Assembly (NCBI GenBank): GCA_004298325.1
Contig: SCUF01000187.1
Location: 1-57,661 of the forward strand
Length of the DNA stretch: 57,661 nucleotides
Source: Betaproteobacteria bacterium
GTDB taxonomy: Bacteria > Pseudomonadota > Gammaproteobacteria > Burkholderiales > SG8-39
Reading direction: 5' to 3'
This document shows, in pieces, positions 21,192 through 32,951 of this stretch. The notes beneath the pieces are model-generated. The model had not been told where the DNA came from and searched no databases. It worked only from the letters and a program-made list of their open reading frames with translations. Position 1 is the first letter of the stretch. Every line of letters starts with the position of its first letter. The translations under genes were made by a program, and so were the position numbers.

Positions 21192-22156
21192 CGCGGCGCC
21201 GCGGCCGCGGCGCCCAGGAGGCCGAGGCGCTCGTTCGTCACGACGTGCAAGGGGCAGGCGCGTGCCGCGCCGGCGAACGCCGCCTTGGCGTTGAATGCGG
21301 CCGCAAAGCCGCCGGCGCGCAGGCGGCCGAGGATGTGCGGGGCAATGCCGCCCGCGACGTAGACGCCGCCGCGCGCAAGCACCGCGAGCGCGTAATCGCC
21401 CGCGGCTGCGCCGTAGCAGGCGATGAAGAGGTCGAGCGCGGCCAGCGCGAGCGGATCGTTTCCTTCGAGTGCGGCGCGCGAGATCGCGTCCGCCGGGTCG
21501 TCCGCGACCCGCGCGGCGGGCTTGGTGCCTTGGCCCGTCTCGCGCAGGAAGCGGTGGATCCGCGCCAGCCCCGCGCCCGAGACGACGTGCTCGAGCTCGA
21601 CGCGGCCGAAGTCGCGCCGCAGATGCTTCAGCAGCGCCTCCTGCAGCGCGTCCGCGGGCGCAAACGCGGCATGGCCGCCTTCGCCCGCGACGACGCGCAG
21701 GCGGCGGCCGCGGCCGAGGACGATCGCGACGCCGAGGCCCGTGCCGGCGCCGATCAGCAGCCGGGGCGCGCGCGCGCGCGGCGCGCCGGGCTGCAGGGTG
21801 ACGAGATCGTCCTGCGTCAGGCCATCGAGCGCGTGCGCGGCGGCCTCGAAGTCGTTCAGCAGCCGCACCTTCGCCACGCCGAGCGCGCGGCCGTCGATCT
21901 CCCAGCCGAGGTTCGTCACGCGGACGCGATTCCCCGTCACCGGCCCGGCGACGCCGAGCGAGGCGCGCGCGATGCGCGGCACCTCGCCGAGCGCCGCGCC
22001 GGCCTCGGCGCGGAAGCGCTCGAGCAGGGCCGCGAACGACGCGAATTCGCCGCAGGCGTAGCGCCGCTCGAAGCGCGCTCCCTGCGCGTCGAACAGGGCG
22101 AGCAGCGCCTTGGTGCCGCCGAGGTCGCCGGCGAGGAGCAGACCGTCCGCGCTCAC
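21188..22156 (-). CDS. glk: Glucokinase
   Basis: AGDLGGTK, GVAGPV, LLNDFEA, GAGTGLG, GEGGH and GGVYVAGGI motifs. Confidence 0.93.
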   Translation of the reverse strand: MSADGLLLAGDLGGTKALLALFDAQGARFERRYACGEFASFAALLERFRAEAGAALGEVPRIARASLGVAGPVTGNRVRVTNLGWEIDGRALGVAKVRLLNDFEAAAHALDGLTQDDLVTLQPGAPRARAPRLLIGAGTGLGVAIVLGRGRRLRVVAGEGGHAAFAPADALQEALLKHLRRDFGRVELEHVVSGAGLARIHRFLRETGQGTKPAARVADDPADAISRAALEGNDPLALAALDLFIACYGAAAGDYALAVLARGGVYVAGGIAPHILGRLRAGGFAAAFNAKAAFAGAARACPLHVVTNERLGLLGAAAAAPR

Positions 22157-23382
22157 TCGTACATGTTGGTGTCGCCGCGCACCGGCGCGATCGCGACCAC
22201 CACGACGCCCGACTCGGTGAGGTGGCCGCGCGCGCGATCGCGCTCGGCGTCGTAGCCGACGCGCTCGCCGGGCTGGATCACGTTGTAGCGGTCGAGGATC
22301 GCGCGCCGCACGCGCGCGCCGCGCCGCAGCACGCAGAAGTCCATGATGATCGAGTCCTCGACCACCACGTCTTCCTCCAGCAGCACTTCGCGCCGGATGA
22401 TCGAGTTGCGCACCGTGGCGCCGCGGATCAGCGAACCTGCGCCGAGGTGACTGTTGTCGACCTCGCCGCGCACCACGTTGGCGGCGGGTCCGTGATAGGC
22501 GCTCGAGAGGATCGGCCAGCGCGGGTTGAACAGGTGCAGCTTCGGCTCGGCGCCGAGCGTGTCCACGTTGGCGTCGTAATAGGCGTCGAGCGTGCCGACG
22601 TCGCGCCAGTACGCGGGCTCCTCGTGCGGGCGAACGCCGGGAACGCGGTTGGTGCCGAAATCGTAGGCGAACACGCGGCGGCTGCCGACGAGCCGCGGCA
22701 GCACGTGCCGGCCGAAGTCCTTCTCCCCCAGCGCGCGCGCGGTCTCGAGCTCCGTGGCGAGGACGTCGGCGTTGAACAGGTAGTTGCCCATCGAGGCGTA
22801 CGAGCGTTCGGGGTCGCCGGGCATGGCCGGCGGAGCCGCAGGCTTTTCCAGGAAGCCGCGGATGCGGCCGTCGGCGCCGCAGTCAATGATGCCGAACCCC
22901 GAGGCGCTCGCGCGCGGCACGGGAAGCGCCGCCACCGTGACCTCGGCGTCGCGCTGGCGGTGGAAATCGATCATCTGCCGCACGTCCATGCGGTAGACGT
23001 GATCGGCGCCGAACACCGCCACCAGCGAAGGGCGGTCCACCGCGAGCCGGTGCAGGTTCTGGTACACGGCGTCGGAGGTGCCGGCGAACGATTCCGCGCC
23101 CTCGTGCATCTGCGGCGGCATGACGGTGACGAACTGCCCGGGGATGGTCGAGGCGCCCATCCAGGTGCGGCGCACGTGCTCGATCAGCGACTGCGACTTG
23201 TACTGCACCAGCAGGTAGATCGCGAGGACTCCCGAGTTGAACAGGTTGGAGAGCACGAAATCCACGATCCGGTAGCGGCTGCCGAAGGGCACCGCGGGCT
23301 TGGAGCGCTCGCTGGTGAGGGGGCTGAGCCGCGTGCCCTCGCCGCCGGCGAGCACCATGGCCAGGATGCGTTCGTCTCTCAT
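22153..23382 (-). CDS. glgC: Glucose-1-phosphate adenylyltransferase (copy 1)
   Basis: LAGGEGTRLSPLTSERSKPAVPFG, GADHVYRMD, FLEKP and YWRDVGT motifs; ATGA coupling to the upstream gene. Confidence 0.93.
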   Translation of the reverse strand: MRDERILAMVLAGGEGTRLSPLTSERSKPAVPFGSRYRIVDFVLSNLFNSGVLAIYLLVQYKSQSLIEHVRRTWMGASTIPGQFVTVMPPQMHEGAESFAGTSDAVYQNLHRLAVDRPSLVAVFGADHVYRMDVRQMIDFHRQRDAEVTVAALPVPRASASGFGIIDCGADGRIRGFLEKPAAPPAMPGDPERSYASMGNYLFNADVLATELETARALGEKDFGRHVLPRLVGSRRVFAYDFGTNRVPGVRPHEEPAYWRDVGTLDAYYDANVDTLGAEPKLHLFNPRWPILSSAYHGPAANVVRGEVDNSHLGAGSLIRGATVRNSIIRREVLLEEDVVVEDSIIMDFCVLRRGARVRRAILDRYNVIQPGERVGYDAERDRARGHLTESGVVVVAIAPVRGDTNMYE

Positions 23383-24062
23383 GGCTCGTCCTTGCGGCCG
23401 TCGCGCCGCCACCAGCGCTCGAGCAGCTCCGCGGCCCAGCGCTGGCCGCCGAGGCCGAATGCGAGCGCGAGCGCGAACACCACGCCGGCGAGCACGATGA
23501 GGAAGCTCAGGCGCACGATCTCGCCGCCGATGTGCACCTGGTCGAGCGCGATCAGCACCACGAAACCGATGATCGCGTACTGGGCGAGACGGCCGAGCAG
23601 CTCGCCGTCCTGGATCCCGATGCTGCGGCAGTAGGTGGCGAGCGTGCCGCCGACGAAGCGCGCGAAGTACGCGCCGAAGGCGAGGATCAGGAGCGCCACG
23701 ATCACCCGCGGCACGAACAGCACCACCTCGCGCAGCAGGTCGGTGATGTAGGTGAGGCCGAGGCTGTTGAAGCCGATCACGAGCGCGGCGAGCACCACCA
23801 GCCAGTACACCAGGGCGGCGAAGATTGCGGTGGTATCGGCGTCCACGCCGCCCTGCCTGAGAAAGCCGTCCATGCCGGCGCGCTCGGTGAGGACGTGGAA
23901 ATTGACCGCGCGCAGGCCCTTCAGGGTCGCCAGGCGCGCGACCTTGGCGAGCAGCCAGCCGCCGATCAGCACCAGCGCGGCGAGCGCGAGCCGCGGCAGG
24001 AACTGGCCCACCTGCACCAGCAGTGCGCGCAGCGGTTCGAGCAGCAGATCGAAGCTTTCCAT
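23379..24062 (-). CDS. Membrane protein with conserved TM-helix repeats (CmpX-like / MscS TM domain only)
   Basis: Two repeats (FLPRLALAALVLIGGWLLAK; FVPRVIVALLILAFGAYFAR) and a C-terminal ALALAFGLGG. No cytoplasmic MscS cage domain. Confidence 0.75.
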   Translation of the reverse strand: MESFDLLLEPLRALLVQVGQFLPRLALAALVLIGGWLLAKVARLATLKGLRAVNFHVLTERAGMDGFLRQGGVDADTTAIFAALVYWLVVLAALVIGFNSLGLTYITDLLREVVLFVPRVIVALLILAFGAYFARFVGGTLATYCRSIGIQDGELLGRLAQYAIIGFVVLIALDQVHIGGEIVRLSFLIVLAGVVFALALAFGLGGQRWAAELLERWWRRDGRKDEP

Positions 24063-24080
24063 GGCTACCTCCGCAATCGG

Positions 24081-27404
<3,324 letters not shown>

Positions 27405-27411
27405 GCGGCCT

Positions 27412-29421
27412 CTACAGGAAGTAGTCGAAGTCCTGCTCGCGGTGCACGCGCGTGCGCACCCGGAACACGTGCGCCGGGACGCGCTGCGGGTCAAGCTGCA
27501 CGAAGTTGCGTGCGCCCTGCCACAGGTAGCGCGCGCCGGAGAGCAGGTCGTGCATCTGGAACGGCGCATCCGGCGCGATGCCGAGCGCCGCGAGGTCGAG
27601 TTCGACCCAGCCGGAGTGGACGTGGTGCGGATCGAGGCTGACGAGCGCGACGACGGCATTGCCGTGCGCCGGAGCGATCTTGGCGTAGCAGATGAGCTGC
27701 TCGTTGCCGGTGTCGAAGAAGCGCAGGCCCTGGTCGGACTGCAGCGCGGGATTCTCGCGCCGGATGCGGTTGAGCAGCGCGACGAAGGGGCGCAGGCTCC
27801 CGGGCCGCTCGAGGTCCCAGTGACGCAGCTGGTATTTCTCGGAATCGAGATACTCCTCCGAGCCGGGCTCGCGCGCCTCGCTCTCGCACAGCTCGTAGAC
27901 CGGGCCGTAGATGCCGTAGTTCGCGGCGAGCGTCGCGGCAAGCACGAGGCGCGCCATGAACGCCGGCCGGCCGCCGTACTGCAGCGCCTCGGTCAGGATG
28001 TCGGGCGTGTTCGGCCAGACGTTGGGGCGCAAGTATTCGCGTCCCGGGCCGTGCGCCAGTTCGAGGAAGTACTCTGTCAGCTCGTGGCGCGTGTTGCGCC
28101 AGGCGAAGTAGGTGTAGGACTGCCCGAAGCCCAGCTTGGCGAGCCGGTGCATCACCTTCGGCCGCGTGAAGGCCTCCGACAGGAAGATCACCTCGGGGTG
28201 CGCGCGCTTCACCGTCTCGATGGCCCACTCCCAGAACGCGAACGGCTTGGTGTGCGGATTGTCGACGCGGAACACGCGCACGCCCTCGCCGATCCAGAAC
28301 TCGAGCACGCCCTTCAGCTCGTCCCACAGTGCGCGCCAGTCCCCGCTCTCGAAATTGAACGGGTAGATGTCCTGGTACTTCTTCGGCGGGTTCTCGGCAT
28401 ACTGCACGCTGCCGTCGGGGCGCCTGCGGAACCACTGCGGGTGCTCGCCGACGTACGGGTGGTCGGGCGCGCACTGGAACGCGATGTCGAGCGCCAGCTC
28501 GATGCCGAGCGCGCGCGCGCGCGCGACGAGGCGCCGGAAATCCTCCAGCGTGCCGAGCTCGGGGTGCAGCGCGTGGTGCCCGCCCTCGCGCGCGCCGATC
28601 GCCCAGGGGCTGCCGACGTCGCCGGGCCCGGCGAGCAGCGCGTTGTTGCGGCCCTTGCGCCGCTCGCGCCCGATCGGGTGGACCGGCGGCAGGTAAAGCA
28701 CGTCGAAGCCCATTTCGGCGACGTAGTCCAGCCGCGCCTCGACGTCGCGCAGCGTGCCATGGCGTCCCGGCGCGCGCGAGGCCGAGCGCGGGAACATCTC
28801 GTACCACGCCGAGCAGCGCGCGAGCACCGGATCGACGTCCAGCGGCAGTTCCGCGGGCCAGTGCACCGCAAGGCCGCGATCGGGGTATTTCGACGCCAGC
28901 GCGGCCAGTTCCTCGTCGAGCGCGACCGGGCGCAGCGCCTCGATCGCCTCGGCGGCTCTCAGCGCCTGCGCCCAGTCGGCGAGGCGCCGGCGCGCTTTGC
29001 CGGAGGCGCGTGCGGCAATCTGCGCGATCTGCGCCGCGCCCACGCGCGCCGCGACGCGCAGGTCCTCGGCCTCGGTGCGGCGCGCGAATTCGGTGCGCCA
29101 GGTCAGGAAATGGTCCACCCAGGCGGTGACCGTGTAGCGGTAGCGCCCGAGCGCCTCGAGCGGGAACGAGGCGCGCCAGAGGTCGTTGCCGAGCGGCTGC
29201 ATCTCGAGCTCGCGCCATGCCTTCTCCGTTTCGGGCCGCCAGCGCAGCATCACCCGCAGCTGGTCGTGGCCGTCGGTGAAGCAGTCGGCCTCCACGGTCA
29301 TGCGATCGCCCACGCAGCGCTTCACCGCGAAGCGGCCGCCGTCCACCGCGGGCCGCACGGCGTCGATCACGGCGCGCGCGCGGCCGTCGGCGGGCTGGTC
29401 CCGATCGCGCGACTCAGCCAT
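27412..29421 (-). CDS. glgE: Alpha-1,4-glucan:maltose-1-phosphate maltosyltransferase
   Basis: [38 protein letters not shown] and NTPDIL motifs. Confidence 0.95.
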   Translation of the reverse strand: MAESRDRDQPADGRARAVIDAVRPAVDGGRFAVKRCVGDRMTVEADCFTDGHDQLRVMLRWRPETEKAWRELEMQPLGNDLWRASFPLEALGRYRYTVTAWVDHFLTWRTEFARRTEAEDLRVAARVGAAQIAQIAARASGKARRRLADWAQALRAAEAIEALRPVALDEELAALASKYPDRGLAVHWPAELPLDVDPVLARCSAWYEMFPRSASRAPGRHGTLRDVEARLDYVAEMGFDVLYLPPVHPIGRERRKGRNNALLAGPGDVGSPWAIGAREGGHHALHPELGTLEDFRRLVARARALGIELALDIAFQCAPDHPYVGEHPQWFRRRPDGSVQYAENPPKKYQDIYPFNFESGDWRALWDELKGVLEFWIGEGVRVFRVDNPHTKPFAFWEWAIETVKRAHPEVIFLSEAFTRPKVMHRLAKLGFGQSYTYFAWRNTRHELTEYFLELAHGPGREYLRPNVWPNTPDILTEALQYGGRPAFMARLVLAATLAANYGIYGPVYELCESEAREPGSEEYLDSEKYQLRHWDLERPGSLRPFVALLNRIRRENPALQSDQGLRFFDTGNEQLICYAKIAPAHGNAVVALVSLDPHHVHSGWVELDLAALGIAPDAPFQMHDLLSGARYLWQGARNFVQLDPQRVPAHVFRVRTRVHREQDFDYFL

Positions 29422-31309
29422 GGCCGTTGCTCCGGAAGTACAGAACGGAAAGCGCCGGCAGCGTCACGCTGAGCGAATACGGCCGCCCGTGCGCAGGCAC
29501 GGGCGCCGCCAGCGCGCCGCCGAGGTTCCCCCAGCCCGCGCCGCCGTATTCGCGCGCGTCGCTGTTCAGGATCTCGCGCCACTGCCCGCCCGAGGGCACG
29601 CCGATGACGTAGTTCTGCCGCGGCACGGGCGTGAAATTGCAGGCGACGAGCACGCTCGCCGCGCCGCGCGTCTTCGCCCTGCGCAGGTACGTGAACACGC
29701 TGTTCTCGGCGTCGTTGGCGTCGACCCATTCGAAGCCCTCCTGACCGAAATCGATCTCGTGCAGCGCCGGCTCCTCGCGATAGACGCGATTCAGCTGGCG
29801 CAGCCAGCGCTGCACGCCGCCGTGCTCGGGGCGCTCGGTGACCCACCATTCGAGCTCGCCTTCGTGCGTCCATTCGCGGCGCTGGCCGAATTCGCCGCCC
29901 ATGAACAGCAGCTTCTTGCCGGGATGTCCCCACATGTAGCCGTAGAGCGTCCTCAGGTTCGCGGCCTGCTGCCACGTGTCGCCCGGCATCCGGCTCATCA
30001 GCGAGCCCTTGCCGTGCACCACCTCGTCGTGCGACAGCGGCAGCATGAAGTTCTCGTTGAACGCGTAGAGGAGGGAAAACGTGAGCTTGCCATGGTGGTA
30101 CTTGCGGTGCACCGGATTCTCGCGCAGGTAGGCGAGCGTGTCGTGCATCCAGCCGAGGTTCCACTTCATGCCGAAGCCCAGTCCGCCGAGATGCACCGGC
30201 CGCGACACCATCGGCCACGCGGTGGATTCCTCGGCGATGGTGACGATGTCGGGGTGCTCGCGGTAGGCCGCGATGTTGAATTGCTGCAGGAACTCGATGG
30301 CCTCGAGGTTTTCGCGGCCGCCGTGGCGGTTGGGGATCCACTCGCCGTCCTTTCTCGCGTAATCGAGATACAGCATCGAGGCCACGGCGTCCACCCGCAG
30401 GCCGTCGACGTGGTAGCGGTCGAGCCAGAACAGCCCGCTCGAGGCGAGGAAGCCGCGCACTTCGTGCCGGCCGTAATTGAAGAGGCTCGAGCCCCATTCG
30501 GGGTGGTAGCCCTGGCGCGGGTCGGCGTGCTCGTAGAGGTGCGAGCCGTCGAAAAGCGCGAGGCCGTGCGGATCGTCGGGAAAATGCGACGGCACCCAGT
30601 CGAGGATTACGCCGACGCCGCGGCGATGCAGATGGTCCACCAGATACATGAAGTCCTGCGGCGTGCCGTAGCGCGCGGTGGGGGCGAAATAGCCGGTGGT
30701 CTGGTAGCCCCAGGAACCGTAGAACGGGTGCTCGGTGACGGGCATCAGCTCGACGTGGGTGAAGCCCATGTCGTTGGCATAGTCCGCGAGCCGGTGCGCC
30801 AGCTCGCGGTAACCGAGAAAGGCGCCGTTTGCGCGCCGCCAGGAACCCGCATGAACCTCGTAGACGGACATCGGCGCATCGAGCGCGTTGTGCCGCGCGC
30901 GCGTGCGCATCCACTCGCCGTCCTGCCAGTCGAATTCGAGCGTCCAGGCGCGCGAGGCGGTTGCCGGCGGCGCCTCGGTGCAGAAGGCGAATGGATCCGC
31001 CTTGTCGCCGGTGTGGCCGCCGATGCTCGAGACGATGCGGTACTTGTACGCCTGGCCGCGCCGCACGCCTTCGGCGCGCCCCTGCCAAAGGCCGCTGCCG
31101 TCGTCGCGCAGCCGCAGCGGATCGGCGCCGGCGCGCCAGCCGTTCCACTCGCCGATCACCGAGACCTGGCGCGCGTTCGGTGCCCAGACCGCGAAGGCGG
31201 CGCCGCAGCCCCCGGCATCGAGCTGGCACCCGAGCTTCTCGTACAACCTGCAATGGGTGCCCTCGCGGAACAGATAGATGTCGTGATCGGTGGACATCGT
31301 TGCCGTCAT
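29414..31309 (-). CDS. glgB: 1,4-alpha-glucan branching enzyme (short form, no extra N-terminal domain)
   Basis: FAVWAPNA, SWGYQ, DWVPSHF, GLRVDAVASM, AEESTAW and LSHDEVVHGK motifs. Start is at 31309 or 31297. Confidence 0.94.
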   Translation of the reverse strand: MTATMSTDHDIYLFREGTHCRLYEKLGCQLDAGGCGAAFAVWAPNARQVSVIGEWNGWRAGADPLRLRDDGSGLWQGRAEGVRRGQAYKYRIVSSIGGHTGDKADPFAFCTEAPPATASRAWTLEFDWQDGEWMRTRARHNALDAPMSVYEVHAGSWRRANGAFLGYRELAHRLADYANDMGFTHVELMPVTEHPFYGSWGYQTTGYFAPTARYGTPQDFMYLVDHLHRRGVGVILDWVPSHFPDDPHGLALFDGSHLYEHADPRQGYHPEWGSSLFNYGRHEVRGFLASSGLFWLDRYHVDGLRVDAVASMLYLDYARKDGEWIPNRHGGRENLEAIEFLQQFNIAAYREHPDIVTIAEESTAWPMVSRPVHLGGLGFGMKWNLGWMHDTLAYLRENPVHRKYHHGKLTFSLLYAFNENFMLPLSHDEVVHGKGSLMSRMPGDTWQQAANLRTLYGYMWGHPGKKLLFMGGEFGQRREWTHEGELEWWVTERPEHGGVQRWLRQLNRVYREEPALHEIDFGQEGFEWVDANDAENSVFTYLRRAKTRGAASVLVACNFTPVPRQNYVIGVPSGGQWREILNSDAREYGGAGWGNLGGALAAPVPAHGRPYSLSVTLPALSVLYFRSNGHG

Positions 31310-31387
31310 TCTCCCCCGATTGGCGGCGAGCGTCCCGGCGAAGTGCCGGCGCGGCCGTTCCTTGTCACATCCCTGACTGATATGGGG

Positions 31388-31414
31388 CAGACCCACCGGC
31401 GGCGCCGGAGTTCC
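31388..31414 (-). promoter_or_regulatory. Putative RpoE/AlgU-type ECF promoter for the glgB-glgE-treS-...-ABC operon
   Basis: GGAACT-N16-GTCTG on the minus strand; overlaps an 11-bp inverted repeat (31397-31426). Confidence 0.45.
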
Positions 31415-31475
31415 GCGGCGCCGCCGCCCCGGGTTTTCGCTATCATCGGCGCGTCCCGCCGATGCCGCGCCGACC

Positions 31476-32951
31476 TTGAACTCGCAAGCGCTCCGCGTCC
31501 TCTTCGTCACGCCGGAATGCGCGCCGTGGGTGAAGACCGGCGGGCTCGGCGACGTGAGCGCCGCGCTGCCCGCGGCGTTGCAGGCGCTCGGCCACGATGT
31601 GCGGGTGCTCATGCCCGCGTATCGCGCCGTGCTCGGCGCGGTGCGCGCGCGCCATGTCGTGGCGCGCCTGATGCCGAGCGGCCAGTTTCCGCAGGCAGAG
31701 CTGATCGCTGCACGCTTGCCCAGCGGCGTGCCGATCCGGCTGCTGCACTGTCCCGCGCTCTATGACCGGGAGGGCGGACCCTATCAGGACGCCTCGGGCG
31801 CGGACTGGGCGGACAACGCGCTGCGCTTCGGCCTGCTGTCGTACGCGGCGGTCGCGCTGGCGCGCCGCGGCGGTCGCGCCTGGCGTCCGCAACTGATCCA
31901 CTGCAACGACTGGCAGGCGGGTCTGGTGCCCGCGTACCTGCATTACTTCCCGGGTCCGCGCCCCGCGACGCTGCAGTGCGTGCACAACCTCGCCTTCCAG
32001 GGACTGTTTCCGCCGCAGGCGGTCGCGACGCTCGGGCTCCCCGCGGAAAGCCTGAACGCCGAAGGCGTCGAGTTTTTCGGTCGCCTGTCGTTCCTCAAAG
32101 CCGGACTGCGATATGCCGATGCCATCGTCACCGTCAGTCCGAGCTACGCGCTCGAAATCCAGCGCGAGCCCCTGGGGTTCGGCCTGCAGGGCCTGCTCGC
32201 GGCGCGCCGCGAGCGGCTGCACGGCATCCTCAACGGCATCGACGAGCGCGAGTGGGATCCGGCGCGCGACGCACACCTCGCCAGCCGCTACGACGCCGCG
32301 CACCTGGAGGCGAAGCGCGCCAACAAGCGCGCGCTGCAGGAGCGGCTCGGGCTGCCGCCGGCGGATGACGCGATGCTGTTCGCGATGGTGGCGCGCATCA
32401 CGGAGCAAAAGGGCGCGGACCTCGCGGCGCGGCTTGCCCCGCGCATCGCCGCGCTCGGGGCGCAGCTCGCGGTGCTGGGAACGGGCGAGCGCGCCATGGA
32501 GCAGGAACTGCTCGCGGCGGCGCGCGCGGCCCCGCGCAGCGTGGCCGTGCGCATCGGCTTCGACGAGCCGCTGTCGCACCTCATGATGGCGGGCGCCGAC
32601 GCCTTCCTCATGCCCTCGCGCTTCGAGCCCTGCGGCCTCAACCAGATGTACGGGCAGCGCTACGCTACGCCGCCGGTCGCGCACGCCACCGGCGGCCTGA
32701 GCGACACCGTCGTGGACGCGAGTCCCGCGGCGCTCGCCGACGGCAGCGCGACCGGTTTCCTGTTCCACGCGCCGGATGCCGAGGCATTCTGGACCGCGAT
32801 CGGGCGCGCGCATGCGGCGTGGCGCGATGCGCCCACCTGGCGCGCGCTGCAACTGAACGGCATGGCGAAGGACTTCGGCTGGGGTCCGAGCGCCCGCGCC
32901 TACGCGCGCCTGTACGAGACGCTCGCCGCCGCGCTCAGAGCCAGCGCATGA
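31476..32951 (+). CDS. glgA: Glycogen synthase (GT5)
   Basis: KTGGLGDV, IHCNDWQ, HNLAFQG, RITEQKG and PSRFEPCGLNQ motifs; TTG start; 17-nt convergent overlap with glgP. Confidence 0.94.
   Translation: MNSQALRVLFVTPECAPWVKTGGLGDVSAALPAALQALGHDVRVLMPAYRAVLGAVRARHVVARLMPSGQFPQAELIAARLPSGVPIRLLHCPALYDREGGPYQDASGADWADNALRFGLLSYAAVALARRGGRAWRPQLIHCNDWQAGLVPAYLHYFPGPRPATLQCVHNLAFQGLFPPQAVATLGLPAESLNAEGVEFFGRLSFLKAGLRYADAIVTVSPSYALEIQREPLGFGLQGLLAARRERLHGILNGIDEREWDPARDAHLASRYDAAHLEAKRANKRALQERLGLPPADDAMLFAMVARITEQKGADLAARLAPRIAALGAQLAVLGTGERAMEQELLAAARAAPRSVAVRIGFDEPLSHLMMAGADAFLMPSRFEPCGLNQMYGQRYATPPVAHATGGLSDTVVDASPAALADGSATGFLFHAPDAEAFWTAIGRAHAAWRDAPTWRALQLNGMAKDFGWGPSARAYARLYETLAAALRASA

Noticed and set aside
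28509-28525. (GC)n dinucleotide run
   Set aside because: Encodes the Ala-Arg repeat (ARARA) in glgE; expected in GC-rich coding DNA.
31355-31372. CRP-like half-site TGTGA upstream of glgB
   Set aside because: No matching second half-site at 6-nt spacing.
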